From a virus, in IMG/VR virus record IMGVR_UViG_3300034355_000809: a stretch of DNA of 64,000 nt; one strand, given 5' to 3'. Below are positions 32,906 to 42,303 of the stretch, in pieces; the stretch's first letter is position 1; each line of letters begins with the position of its first letter. The notes beneath the pieces were generated by a model. That model was not told where the DNA came from. It did not search any database and worked only from the letters and a program-made list of their open reading frames with translations. Made by a program: the position numbers and the translations under genes.

Positions 32906-34180
32906 ATGTCAGAGTTTATTTATACAGAAAAAAAACCAGTTCAATATCATGGGCCGCTATCAAGCACGGATTTTAATGAGCGCTCAGAACAAAACTATGC
33001 TGACTTGGTTTATCTGTACAATAAGTATGGAGTCTTAGACAAAAAGATAACCGAAGTAATAGAAAGAGTTATCAAGGAAAACATATACCTTTCTTCTGCC
33101 CTATCTGATTTGAAAGATAGAATTAGAGTTATGGAAAGTATTAATACTAACCAAATTTCAATTCATTCAAAGTCTCAGATAAATTTATCAGCTTTTGCCA
33201 ATACTAGCTATGCAATCCCAGCTTCTTTGGCGCTTGAATTTAATGATTATTACAATACTATAACTCTTCCAAAGGTATCAAGTTCTTCACACTCAAAAAT
33301 AAAGTTTGTTAACTCGTCCAAGGGACAGGTAATACCAGACTTTCTTGAGACCAGAATAGATGCCAACCTAGTAGGTGGAGATGGTAACGGAGCTTTGATA
33401 GACACCACCCCAGTACAGTATGCATTTCTCAACCAGGCAGATAAGGTTTGGAGAAGAAATGTTATCTTGTCTGAGCCCAACCCATTTGGTGTTAGCATGT
33501 ACCTGTATATAAAGATACCTACTGGCACCATAGGCAATTCGTTAGCTAACTATGTCTCATTGGCTCCGTACCCGAGCAATGGAGTAGACGTCGTAAGAGT
33601 GGAATACACAACAGCTGTTTCCCCGACTCTTACTGACAAGGACACATACCAAAGTTTTAACCCAGGCTACTACAATAACGAATATGATGCAGTGGGCAAG
33701 GTTGCGCCTGGTGGCTGGTCAACAGTTGGTTCTGATACAGTAGTTAATTCTGGTCCACTACAGTTCATCACGGCAGACAAAAGCATAACGGCAGTTAGAA
33801 TACTCTTGAGACAGAGAAACTATATAAAGGAAAATAACTCCTACATATACACATATGGTCTTTCAGACGTTGACATTAGGTACGAAAAGTATTTGCCAAC
33901 TGGCAAGACATTTATACGTTTCGATGCCCCAGTAGGTAATACCATCAGAGACATTTTAAATATCTCCCCTAAGATATACAACGTGTCACCAACAATGCTT
34001 TCAAGCATATTTGGGTATAGGATATTCTACCCAGTTTTGTCTGGTTCCCAGCCAACATACAGCCTGGTCAACCCACAGACCTCTGATCATGTCTATGTTG
34101 AGGTGACCTTGAATATGCTGGACGACATGATCGCCCCAGTGCTTTCTGACCTTATAATTGAGGCAGATTATAATCTATAA
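32906..34180 (+). CDS. Virion structural protein (424 aa)
   Basis: AGGAG SD and N-terminal YHGPLSSTDFN...DLVYLY. Confidence 0.5.
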   Translation: MSEFIYTEKKPVQYHGPLSSTDFNERSEQNYADLVYLYNKYGVLDKKITEVIERVIKENIYLSSALSDLKDRIRVMESINTNQISIHSKSQINLSAFANTSYAIPASLALEFNDYYNTITLPKVSSSSHSKIKFVNSSKGQVIPDFLETRIDANLVGGDGNGALIDTTPVQYAFLNQADKVWRRNVILSEPNPFGVSMYLYIKIPTGTIGNSLANYVSLAPYPSNGVDVVRVEYTTAVSPTLTDKDTYQSFNPGYYNNEYDAVGKVAPGGWSTVGSDTVVNSGPLQFITADKSITAVRILLRQRNYIKENNSYIYTYGLSDVDIRYEKYLPTGKTFIRFDAPVGNTIRDILNISPKIYNVSPTMLSSIFGYRIFYPVLSGSQPTYSLVNPQTSDHVYVEVTLNMLDDMIAPVLSDLIIEADYNL

Positions 34181-34248
34181 GATTATGGTGAAAATCCATA
34201 ATTGTTTTTACTATATGAGATATAAGTTTAATTCAAGGAGATTATTAA

Positions 34249-34884
34249 ATGGCTACTTTTTACGTTGGACCTAGACCAGTACTTAGGGGTCAAAGCACCG
34301 CTAATATGGTTAATCCATATTACACGATGACTGGTAAGGCAAAGGGCACAGGCACCTATTCTTACTACCCACTATATAGCACCAGCCAACTCTTAACAGG
34401 AGCTCCGGACAACGATCATACCCCGGGAACTGGACGTCACCCAGGCAACGTACTGTTGTCCCAACTGTTCACTGGATCAACTCTTTACGCAGGAACTACT
34501 CCTTTGGGTGGAACATTCCCAGATGGTAAGGCAACCTATGATGGTGCAAGATACAGACCATTTGAGTACAGAGGTCTCAGTACCGCAAAAGCACTTGATG
34601 GCGGTCACGCAGTTGACAGAGCCAACGACTATGCCTTGTACAGCAACTACTTCTTCGACGGTGTCACCTCTGCAAATGCATTTGCAAGTGGATATGGACA
34701 CGGCCCAAGAACAGAAGCTCAGGGTGCAGCAGCATCTTTTGGCTTGTTCAGACCAGATGAATACAAGGGTGTAACAAGCACAGTTGTATTCACCGCAAAT
34801 TATGGCCAAGCTAACGTAACAAGCGCTTACGGTAGAAACAAGAACCAAGAATGGAAGGGTGTTGCTTCGGCAAAAGCACTCTAA
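34249..34884 (+). CDS. Gly/Thr/Tyr-rich protein, probably an abundant virion component
   Basis: Strong AAGGAG SD and C-ending codon bias (TAC/AAC/TTC), followed by a terminator. Confidence 0.5.
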   Translation: MATFYVGPRPVLRGQSTANMVNPYYTMTGKAKGTGTYSYYPLYSTSQLLTGAPDNDHTPGTGRHPGNVLLSQLFTGSTLYAGTTPLGGTFPDGKATYDGARYRPFEYRGLSTAKALDGGHAVDRANDYALYSNYFFDGVTSANAFASGYGHGPRTEAQGAAASFGLFRPDEYKGVTSTVVFTANYGQANVTSAYGRNKNQEWKGVASAKAL

Positions 34885-34903
34885 GTTAGACATCTAGATA
34901 GTT

Positions 34904-34925
34904 ATCCTGCTATAATGAGCAGGAT
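34904..34925 (+). promoter_or_regulatory. Extended -10 promoter (TGCTATAAT) embedded in an 8-bp inverted repeat
   Basis: ATCCTGCT-ATAATG-AGCAGGAT, with TATAAT at 34911-34916. Confidence 0.5.
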
Positions 34926-34938
34926 GAAAATATTGAAC

Positions 34939-34965
34939 TCCCGCCCTTATCCAGGGCGGGATTTT
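34939..34965 (+). terminator. Rho-independent terminator
   Basis: TCCCGCCCT-tatcc-AGGGCGGGA followed by TTTT. Confidence 0.75.
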
Positions 34966-35015
34966 AATTATAACAGCAAGTTTATAACTTTTAACAGAAT
35001 CAAAGAGGATTAGAT

Positions 35016-35708
35016 ATGTCTATACAGGCGTTGGAACAATTTGTCACTACTGATGTTTTGACAAAAGACCTCGCAGCAAAGTATCTAACCTTATATCTTG
35101 GTGAAGCTGATTGGAAAGAAAAGATAGATCAACTGTTTGTTGTTCAAAAGAAGAAGTTAGGCGAAGACAAAGCAAAGGATTTTGTAAAGAAGTCAATAGC
35201 CTGCGCTTGTTTATCACCAGTCATTAACAAATCAGCGATACCAGATGAGAAACATGTGCTATTGTTTTGGGTCAGTGGTTGGCCACAATTCAATGAACGT
35301 GATTGGTTCGGTCTTTTTAGAGACGTGTTAAAGGCAGACATACAGATAGAAAAAAACAGATCCCTTATTCTACAAGAAGGTGTATTTGACCACATAGACA
35401 TTCCTCCACTTACTAGACAGGCGTACAATTGGTTGTATGAAAAGTTGGATAAAGAATCATTTTCCAGTCAAGATAAAAAAGAAGAAGCTGTGACAAAAAT
35501 GAAGAACCTAATTAAGATATATGGTGGTGCAGTGATCTGTAATGTCTTTACTAATTATGCACTGAACACAGAAAAAGTTTTGAATTGGAGAAGTGGATAC
35601 TTTATAGAAAGAGAAATACATAAAGTATATTCTACTGAGCAGATTATAAAAATAAAAAAAGCAGAGATACATAAAACAAACTTAAATTATATAAAGAGCA
35701 TTAAATAG
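35016..35708 (+). CDS. Hypothetical protein (230 aa)
   Basis: GAGGA SD and typical codon usage, but no recognisable motif. Confidence 0.6.
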   Translation: MSIQALEQFVTTDVLTKDLAAKYLTLYLGEADWKEKIDQLFVVQKKKLGEDKAKDFVKKSIACACLSPVINKSAIPDEKHVLLFWVSGWPQFNERDWFGLFRDVLKADIQIEKNRSLILQEGVFDHIDIPPLTRQAYNWLYEKLDKESFSSQDKKEEAVTKMKNLIKIYGGAVICNVFTNYALNTEKVLNWRSGYFIEREIHKVYSTEQIIKIKKAEIHKTNLNYIKSIK

Positions 35709-35716
35709 GAGAAAAA

Positions 35717-37822
35717 ATGTCAGAAGAAATTGAAAACGGAAACCCAGACCTCGTACCATTAGCCAATAAGATATCATCGATGTTCTCATTCAAATTGACG
35801 GATGATTTTATTTCTAGTTACAAAGATAAGTTTGCCCCATTTGGCTACAGAGATGCTGGAGGCAACTCAGTAGGAGAAATAACATTTCTTAGAACTTACT
35901 CCAGACTTAAAGAAGATGGGACTAAGGAAACTTGGTCTGATGTTTGTGAACGCGTTATCAATGGCATGTACTCTCTGCAAAAAGATCACTGCAAGAAGAA
36001 TAGACTTCCATGGAATGACGCTAAGGCACAGGCTTCAGCTAAGGAAGCTTTTGACAGATTGTTTAATTTGAAGTGGACACCACCAGGCCGTGGATTATGG
36101 GCTATGGGTACGAATATTGTCAACGTACAAAAGAACTCTGCAGCTCTTCAAAATTGTGCATTTGTTTCCACTGGTGAAATGAACAAGTTTAACCCAGCAA
36201 AACCATTCGCCTTCTTAATGGAAGCATCGATGCTTGGAGTTGGCGTAGGATTTGACGACAAGGGCGCAGATAAAGACTTTGCAATCTACGAGCCAAAAAT
36301 TGTTGATGGTAGTGCACCTTTGGTTATTGCCGACACCAGAGAGGGTTGGGTTGAGTCGATGGCTTTGTTGCTGAACTCATATCTAAAGCCAGATCAAGAA
36401 TCAATTAGATTTGACTACTCCTCGATAAGACCAGCTGGCACACCAATTAAAACATTTGGAGGTGTAGCTGCAGGCCATGAGCCACTAGAGAAGCTCCACA
36501 AGCACATTGTAAAGATGTTTAGCGGTCGTAAGGGAGAGAAGCTTACCCGTGTCGATATTGCGGACATAGGCAATGTCATAGGCGTCTGTGTGGTCTCTGG
36601 CAACGTCCGTAGATCAGCTGAGCTACTCATTGGCCGTTTAGATGATGACAACTTCCTCAATCTCAAGAATGCTGCAGCATTTCCTGAAAGAAACTCTTAT
36701 GACAAAGACAATCCAGGTTGGGCTTGGATGTCCAACAACTCAATAGAAACATCTGTTGGCGTAGATCTATCCAACATCGTTGAAGGCATTTCCCTTAATG
36801 GTGAGCCAGGTGTTTTATGGATGGATATGTCACGCAAGTATGGAAGATTGGCTGATCCACCAAACAATAAAGACCACAGAGTAGCAGGGTATAACCCATG
36901 CGCAGAGCAATCCCTAGAGTCATACGAGTGCTGTACGCTTGTAGAGACCTATCTTAATAGACATGAGACCCTAGAGGATTATAAGCGCACCTTAAAGTTT
37001 GCTTATCTCTATGCAAAGACAGTAACCCTGTTGCCAACGCACTGGGAAGAAACCAATGCTATCATGCAACGCAATCGTCGCATTGGGGCTTCTATGTCAG
37101 GAGTTGCAAACTTCGCAGACACAGTGGGTGTTCCAGCTCTTCGTGAATGGATGGATCAAGGCTACAAAACGGTTCAACGTTATGATAATGTTTATTCTGA
37201 GTGGCTTGGAATTCGTGAATCAATTAAGATGACAACGATCAAACCATCTGGAACCGTATCTATTCTTGCTGGCGAATCACCAGGCGTTCACTGGACTCCA
37301 GGTGGCAAGTACTTCAACAGAACTATTAGATTCTCTAACGATGATCCGATGCTTCCGTTGTTTAGAATGGCTAACTATAGAGTAGAACCAGCTTCGGAAT
37401 CACCGAATACAACTTCTGTAGTTTACTTTCCAATTAAATCACAAGCTGCAAGAGCAGAGCGCGATGTTACAATCTTTGAAAAGATGTCGTTAGCTGCAAC
37501 TGCACAAAGATATTGGTCAGACAACTCTGTATCTGTGACTATATCATTTGATAAAGACACAGAAGCACAGCACGTTGGCACTGTTCTACATATGTATGAT
37601 GGTCAGTTAAAGACTGTGTCATTCCTCCCAAGTGGTAACGACACATATCCGCAGATGCCATACACTCAAATTACAGAAGAGGAATACACAGCAGCTACGC
37701 TGGCCTTGTTCCCAATAGATCTTTCGGGAGTCTATGCTGGTATGGCAGCTGATGCCATAGGTGAGAGTTATTGTACAACTGACGCATGTGAAATAAAATT
37801 CATTAAGGACAATACTAAATAA
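35717..37822 (+). CDS. nrdJ: Class II (adenosylcobalamin-dependent) ribonucleotide reductase, RTPR type
   Basis: RTYSR, PPGRGLW, LQNC, NPCAE, TIKPSGT and the C-terminal CTTDAC redox pair. Confidence 0.93.
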   Translation: MSEEIENGNPDLVPLANKISSMFSFKLTDDFISSYKDKFAPFGYRDAGGNSVGEITFLRTYSRLKEDGTKETWSDVCERVINGMYSLQKDHCKKNRLPWNDAKAQASAKEAFDRLFNLKWTPPGRGLWAMGTNIVNVQKNSAALQNCAFVSTGEMNKFNPAKPFAFLMEASMLGVGVGFDDKGADKDFAIYEPKIVDGSAPLVIADTREGWVESMALLLNSYLKPDQESIRFDYSSIRPAGTPIKTFGGVAAGHEPLEKLHKHIVKMFSGRKGEKLTRVDIADIGNVIGVCVVSGNVRRSAELLIGRLDDDNFLNLKNAAAFPERNSYDKDNPGWAWMSNNSIETSVGVDLSNIVEGISLNGEPGVLWMDMSRKYGRLADPPNNKDHRVAGYNPCAEQSLESYECCTLVETYLNRHETLEDYKRTLKFAYLYAKTVTLLPTHWEETNAIMQRNRRIGASMSGVANFADTVGVPALREWMDQGYKTVQRYDNVYSEWLGIRESIKMTTIKPSGTVSILAGESPGVHWTPGGKYFNRTIRFSNDDPMLPLFRMANYRVEPASESPNTTSVVYFPIKSQAARAERDVTIFEKMSLAATAQRYWSDNSVSVTISFDKDTEAQHVGTVLHMYDGQLKTVSFLPSGNDTYPQMPYTQITEEEYTAATLALFPIDLSGVYAGMAADAIGESYCTTDACEIKFIKDNTK

Positions 37823-37831
37823 TATTTCTGG

Positions 37832-37840
37832 TGCTATAAT
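37832..37840 (+). promoter_or_regulatory. Extended -10 promoter, probably leaderless (thyX)
   Basis: TGCTATAAT ends 6 nt before ATG 37847, with no SD. Confidence 0.6.
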
Positions 37841-37846
37841 AGAAGT

Positions 37847-38542
37847 ATGGAAACAGAAGATTTAGTTTCGGTATTAGATAACGGATACGTAAGACTCATT
37901 GACTCAATGGGCTCAGACTTATCCGTTGTCAATGCCGCAAGAGCATCATTTGCAAAAGAATCAAAAGAGTGGTCCTTAAAAGATGGGAAGCTATTAGAGT
38001 TTCTTGTAAGAGAAAACCACATGTCTCCCTTCAGACATGCGTTTGTAACTCTTGAGTTTAAAGCGCCATTGATGGTAGCAAGACAGCATTGGAAATATGT
38101 TGTCGGCTCTGATCATACTATGGACTCGTGGAATGAATCATCTAGAAGATACATTACGATGGATCCAGAGTTCTATGTGCCAGAACCAGACGAATGGCGT
38201 CTTGCTGCAGAGGATAAGAAACAGGGTTCCTCAGGCTTTGCTGGCCCCTGGATTGGCTCCACGCTAACAACAGAGCTTAAGCAATTGGTTGATAAATGCG
38301 AATCGATTTATAACATGGCTCTTGAAAATGGCATAGCTCCCGAACAAGCTCGTCTATTTCTCCCTGCATACGGCATGTACGTTGTATACAGATGGTCTTG
38401 TAGCTTGCAATCACTAGCTCTTTTCCTTAGTCAAAGATTATCAGAAGATTCTCAGCTAGAGATACAACAGTACGCAAATGCTGTGTATACTCTAGTGAAA
38501 CCAAAATATCCAGCATCTTTTTATTCACTCTTAGGACTCTAA
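37847..38542 (+). CDS. thyX: Flavin-dependent thymidylate synthase
   Basis: VVNAARASF, HMSPFRH, APLMVARQ, WNESSRRY, APEQARLFLP and QLEIQQYA. Confidence 0.92.
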   Translation: METEDLVSVLDNGYVRLIDSMGSDLSVVNAARASFAKESKEWSLKDGKLLEFLVRENHMSPFRHAFVTLEFKAPLMVARQHWKYVVGSDHTMDSWNESSRRYITMDPEFYVPEPDEWRLAAEDKKQGSSGFAGPWIGSTLTTELKQLVDKCESIYNMALENGIAPEQARLFLPAYGMYVVYRWSCSLQSLALFLSQRLSEDSQLEIQQYANAVYTLVKPKYPASFYSLLGL

Positions 38543-38775
38543 TGGCCGCAGGTAAGTTAAATTATATTGTCGTATATCCAAACATCAGTCAGGTTTACGG
38601 CTGTGCATCTAAAAAGATTGCTTTAGAATCAGCCCCACCAGAAGGTTGTTCTTTGGAAGATAAGAAGATATTATTCATAACATACGAACCAGATAACGAT
38701 TCTCTTTCTGTGTACCAAGTACCAAAGGAAGAAGTTATGAGCGCTGAGATAAAAGAAAAGAAAGCAAATGACTAA
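38542..38775 (+). CDS. Hypothetical protein (77 aa)
   Basis: TAATG coupling to thyX. Confidence 0.55.
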   Translation: MAAGKLNYIVVYPNISQVYGCASKKIALESAPPEGCSLEDKKILFITYEPDNDSLSVYQVPKEEVMSAEIKEKKAND

Positions 38776-39007
38776 AAAGATTCACGAAAAGAAAAAGGTC
38801 AACGTAAAACTTGAGTCTGGACAAACGTTCTTAGTTGCTTCGATAGAAGAAATGTTACAAATAGCAAATGCCTTAGTACACTTATCATCGTCAACAAAAG
38901 ATGAAAAAGAAAAACTAAAATTAATTATGTTAAGTGAAGAAGCAATAAAAGCTATAAATGAAAATCAATTTATTAGTAGAAACATCGGTGAAGATGATGA
39001 GTGGTAA
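38768..39007 (+). CDS. Hypothetical protein (79 aa)
   Basis: Overlapping operon-like arrangement. Confidence 0.55.
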   Translation: MTKKIHEKKKVNVKLESGQTFLVASIEEMLQIANALVHLSSSTKDEKEKLKLIMLSEEAIKAINENQFISRNIGEDDEW

Positions 39008-39251
39008 AACGATAGCTATATTTGCGGGGTTTTTTGTGATCGGAGTTGCGCTTGGCAAGGCAAAACAAAACGCATTCAGTAATAATGCTAGCAAGAGTAA
39101 ACTTACTACAGAGCAATGCCTTAATAGATTAAGTGAGTTCTGCATTGACGATCCAGATTCTGCTAAAAAAGACTTTTTTGAGTTCATGGAAATGGGCTTT
39201 ACGCCAGAAGAATCTTTTGAGATTGTTTCAGCCAAGGAAGTCACACTGTGA
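38994..39251 (+). CDS. Small membrane-anchored hypothetical protein
   Basis: Hydrophobic N-terminus IAIFAGFFVIGVALG. GTGA overlap with the next gene. Confidence 0.5.
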   Translation: MMSGKTIAIFAGFFVIGVALGKAKQNAFSNNASKSKLTTEQCLNRLSEFCIDDPDSAKKDFFEFMEMGFTPEESFEIVSAKEVTL

Positions 39252-40051
39252 TAGATCTTTGCGTAGTCAATTACAACACTAGACCGTTACTACAAAGACT
39301 AGTAGACGAACTGCATAAAGACTTAGATTCATCCAATAAGAATTGGAAGCTCTATATTGCAGACAATGATTCTTCTGACGACACCATACAATGGATCAGA
39401 GAGAACGATTCAAACTATAGTATAGATAGAATATTTCTTAATAAGAACATAGGCTACTCAGCGGCATGCAATCAACTGGCAGCTCATGGCACCGGCGATA
39501 TCATTGCACTTTTAAACTCAGACGTATGGTTTACTAACGAGGATATCAACGCCGTACAAAAAATATTTGATGACAATACTGACATTCACATTTTAGGCCC
39601 TAAGCAAAGAGATGAGTATGGTCTAATCAGACATGCTGGAATCGTTGGTTCGAATACACAACCAAAGCACAGAGGTTGGAATCAGGCAGATCAAAAAGAC
39701 GAACTATACAAAGACCGAGTACCGTGCGTAACAATATCTGGCTCCGCTTACTTCATTAGAAGATCAGTTTGGGATGCTCTAACAAATGATGAAGAGTATA
39801 GAAAGATGTACCCTGAGGCAATAGGAGCTTTCCTGCCAACGCCTCACTACTATGAGGAGACTTGGTGCTCCTACTTTGCACGTCATCGTGGCTACAATGT
39901 AGTGTATGATGGTAGCGTGTCAATCGGTCACAGCTGGCACGCATCATCACCAAAACCAGGTGAAGGCTACAGTCACGCTGATGCCCAATTTAAAACAAGT
40001 CAATCAATATTTCGCAAAGCCTGCGATACTATAGGAATAGAAAGAGATTAA
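39248..40051 (+). CDS. Glycosyltransferase family 2
   Basis: VVNYNT, IADNDSSD, NIGYSAACN, LLNSD, SGSAYFIRR and HYYEET. Confidence 0.88.
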   Translation: MIDLCVVNYNTRPLLQRLVDELHKDLDSSNKNWKLYIADNDSSDDTIQWIRENDSNYSIDRIFLNKNIGYSAACNQLAAHGTGDIIALLNSDVWFTNEDINAVQKIFDDNTDIHILGPKQRDEYGLIRHAGIVGSNTQPKHRGWNQADQKDELYKDRVPCVTISGSAYFIRRSVWDALTNDEEYRKMYPEAIGAFLPTPHYYEETWCSYFARHRGYNVVYDGSVSIGHSWHASSPKPGEGYSHADAQFKTSQSIFRKACDTIGIERD

Positions 40052-40052
40052 A

Positions 40053-40496
40053 ATGTCAGATCAATTTAATGTTTACCTTTATAATGCAGAAGTAGTTAAG
40101 GTAGTAGACGGAGATACATTTAAGATCAATATAGATCTTGGTTTTGAAGTTCACATTGGCCCAAAGAGTGTGAGACTCTATGGTGTAAATACACCAGAAA
40201 GCCGCACTAAAAATCTTGAAGAAAAGAAGATGGGTCTTGCTGCAAAAGAGTTCACTGATCAATGGATCAAGAAAGCTAATAACAAAGTAAAGATCGAAAC
40301 TATTTTAGACAAGAATGAGAAGTACGGTAGAATTCTAGCTAGAGTATGGAACGAAGCTGGCGAATGCCTCAATACAGAAATTGTTAAGGCTGGATTAGCT
40401 AGAGAGTACTTTGGCGTAGGCGATAAAACATTTGAGGAATTTAAGCCGGACAAAAGCATAACCTTACCCCCTTCCCCATTTGGTCGACCAGCATAA
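40053..40496 (+). CDS. Thermonuclease (staphylococcal nuclease family)
   Basis: VVDGDT, VRLYGVNTPE, EKYGRILA and LNTEIVKAGLA. Confidence 0.9.
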   Translation: MSDQFNVYLYNAEVVKVVDGDTFKINIDLGFEVHIGPKSVRLYGVNTPESRTKNLEEKKMGLAAKEFTDQWIKKANNKVKIETILDKNEKYGRILARVWNEAGECLNTEIVKAGLAREYFGVGDKTFEEFKPDKSITLPPSPFGRPA

Positions 40497-40497
40497 G

Positions 40498-40506
40498 TGA
40501 TACGAT
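40498..40506 (+). promoter_or_regulatory. Extended -10 promoter, probably leaderless
   Basis: TGATACGAT ends 7 nt before ATG 40514. Confidence 0.45.
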
Positions 40507-40513
40507 ATATACC

Positions 40514-40939
40514 ATGCAAACATTCCTGCCATATCCTGATTTTAAAGAATCAGTTCGGGTATTAGATTACCGCAGACTTGGAAAGCAACGAGTAGAAACT
40601 TTCCAAGTCTTGAACATTTTACTTGACCGTACTCCATCAAAGGGTTGGCGTAATCATCCAGTCACCTTAATGTGGACCGGCTATGAATCAGCTCTACAGC
40701 TCTATCAGAATTACACCATTCAAGAGTGGATTAGCAGAGGTTATAAAAACACCATGCTGTTAGAGGAGATAGATATAGATTCAGTAGTTATGCCATCATG
40801 GTTTGGCTTAGAAGAATTTCATCGTTCACATAGGTCTAATCTATTGCGTAAAGATTATGAATATTATTCCCAATATTTTGACGAAGATCCTAATCTTCCA
40901 TACTATTGGCCAGCTAAAGAGGTAGCTAATGCAAACTAG
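40514..40939 (+). CDS. MSMEG_6728-family protein (pyrimidine-dimer DNA glycosylase/endonuclease V-like)
   Basis: MQTFLPYPDF...LDYRRLGKQRVE, GWRNHP..MW.GYE and HRSHRSNLLRKD. Confidence 0.85.
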   Translation: MQTFLPYPDFKESVRVLDYRRLGKQRVETFQVLNILLDRTPSKGWRNHPVTLMWTGYESALQLYQNYTIQEWISRGYKNTMLLEEIDIDSVVMPSWFGLEEFHRSHRSNLLRKDYEYYSQYFDEDPNLPYYWPAKEVANAN

Positions 40940-41342
40940 AGTGTTTTTATCAGGCGCTATAGAAGATGTTCAATCTGACTTTAAGTATAGTTGGAGAGAC
41001 GAAGCTACTGCGCTTCTAGATCATAGAGGTTTTAAGGCAGTCAATCCAATGGACTATGCTCTTGAGGAGGAAGACTCTGAACCAAAAGAAATAGTAGATA
41101 AAAATCTCTTCTTGCAAAAAAGCTGTGACATTATTTTAGTAGAATATAGATTACTTTATAGAGCATACATAGGTACAGACTTCGAAATGACCTGGGCACA
41201 CTTCAACAATCAACCAATAATTGTTTGGGCGCACCAAGATTTGCAGCATAGAAAATATCTTAAATTTCTTGCTACAAAACTTGCAGACACACTAGAAGAA
41301 GCTGTAGAATATATATCCAATACATATCCATCCAATAAATAA
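40929..41342 (+). CDS. Nucleoside 2-deoxyribosyltransferase-like / dNMP N-glycosidase
   Basis: VFLSGAI, WR, VNP, CDIILV and GTDFEM. Confidence 0.7.
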   Translation: MQTRVFLSGAIEDVQSDFKYSWRDEATALLDHRGFKAVNPMDYALEEEDSEPKEIVDKNLFLQKSCDIILVEYRLLYRAYIGTDFEMTWAHFNNQPIIVWAHQDLQHRKYLKFLATKLADTLEEAVEYISNTYPSNK

Positions 41343-41353
41343 AAGGAAATAAA

Positions 41354-41545
41354 ATGCCAGAGAACAAATTCAATTACTTTGCTGTTGTTACAACAACATT
41401 GGTAAAGGCTAAGAACAAAGAAGAAGCACAGAAGGTTGCCTCGAATCGTCGTGGTGTAACTGGTGAGCGTTTGTTCCAATCAACTGATATTGAGCGTATT
41501 TCTTCAGTAGAAGCACGCAAGCAAATCGAAAAGTTGGGCGAGTAA
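41354..41545 (+). CDS. Small hypothetical protein (63 aa), homologous to the N-terminus of the phosphoesterase at 12484
   Basis: AAGGA SD, CGT/ATC codon bias and VKAKN motif, followed by a terminator. Confidence 0.6.
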   Translation: MPENKFNYFAVVTTTLVKAKNKEEAQKVASNRRGVTGERLFQSTDIERISSVEARKQIEKLGE

Positions 41546-41555
41546 TTTATTAATC

Positions 41556-41593
41556 TGTGGGGCTGGACTAACCTTCAGCCCCACATTATTTTT
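41556..41593 (+). terminator. Rho-independent terminator
   Basis: TGTGGGGCTG-10 nt-CAGCCCCACA followed by TTATTTTT. Confidence 0.7.
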
Positions 41594-41601
41594 GGAGTTT
41601 T

Positions 41602-42303
41602 ATGATAATAGCTCAGATGGTTGGAAGAAATGAATCTTCCAAGTACTTAAAAGAAGTGCTAGAAAGACTTAAGCAGCAGGTAGACAAGATAGTCTTCACT
41701 GACGACTGCTCAGAAGATGACACAGCAGAAATAGCTGCATTGTATGCACACGTATATGTGAATGAAGAACCACTTTTTACGGTTAACGAAGGGGCCTTAA
41801 GAGCAAAAGCTTGGTCCAATTTGGAACAACACGCTCAAGAAGGTGACTGGATTATAGCCATTGACTGTGACGAGATGCTTTATGATGCAAAGGATATAAA
41901 TACTGTATCCGTTAAACATGTTCTTGATCAGTCCCCATATGACGTAGTAAACGTTCGCTTCTACCACATGTGGAATGATACTCAATACAGAGTAGATAAG
42001 CTTTGGGCACCAAATAATAGTTCTAGAATTTTTAGATTTAAGAATGGTGGAAAATTCTTAGACAGAAAATTAGCTTGTGGTTCAGAACCTACTTATGTCG
42101 TAGAAGATATAAGAAGAAGAAATTACTGGGTTCATTCAGGTCTTGTTATGCAACATCTAGGCTATACTAGAGATATAGATAAAGAGTTAAAGCATACAAG
42201 ATATATGAATTTAGATAAAGGCGAGTTCCACAACATTAAACATATCGAGTCAATAGTAGATCCTAATCCAACTCTTATAACTTGGGGAAATTTCGGAATA
42301 TGA
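41602..42303 (+). CDS. Glycosyltransferase family 2 (GT-A fold)
   Basis: RNE..YL, DDCSEDDT, DWIIAIDCDE and HLGY. Confidence 0.85.
   Translation: MIIAQMVGRNESSKYLKEVLERLKQQVDKIVFTDDCSEDDTAEIAALYAHVYVNEEPLFTVNEGALRAKAWSNLEQHAQEGDWIIAIDCDEMLYDAKDINTVSVKHVLDQSPYDVVNVRFYHMWNDTQYRVDKLWAPNNSSRIFRFKNGGKFLDRKLACGSEPTYVVEDIRRRNYWVHSGLVMQHLGYTRDIDKELKHTRYMNLDKGEFHNIKHIESIVDPNPTLITWGNFGI

Noticed and set aside
40556-40558. Idea that every in-frame CGG forces a frameshift, or that CGG is reassigned to another amino acid
   Set aside because: GTT CGG GTA lies in an intact gene where Arg fits the family pattern (S.RVLD) and the conserved frame continues. Shifting is therefore not obligatory, and this site is a caveat for the main finding.
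42282-42302. In-frame CGG in the ORF-track N-terminus MGKFRNM as a fifth shift site
   Set aside because: It lies upstream of the likely true start (ATG 42300, ATGA overlap) and is TTC GGA in the upstream gene's frame.
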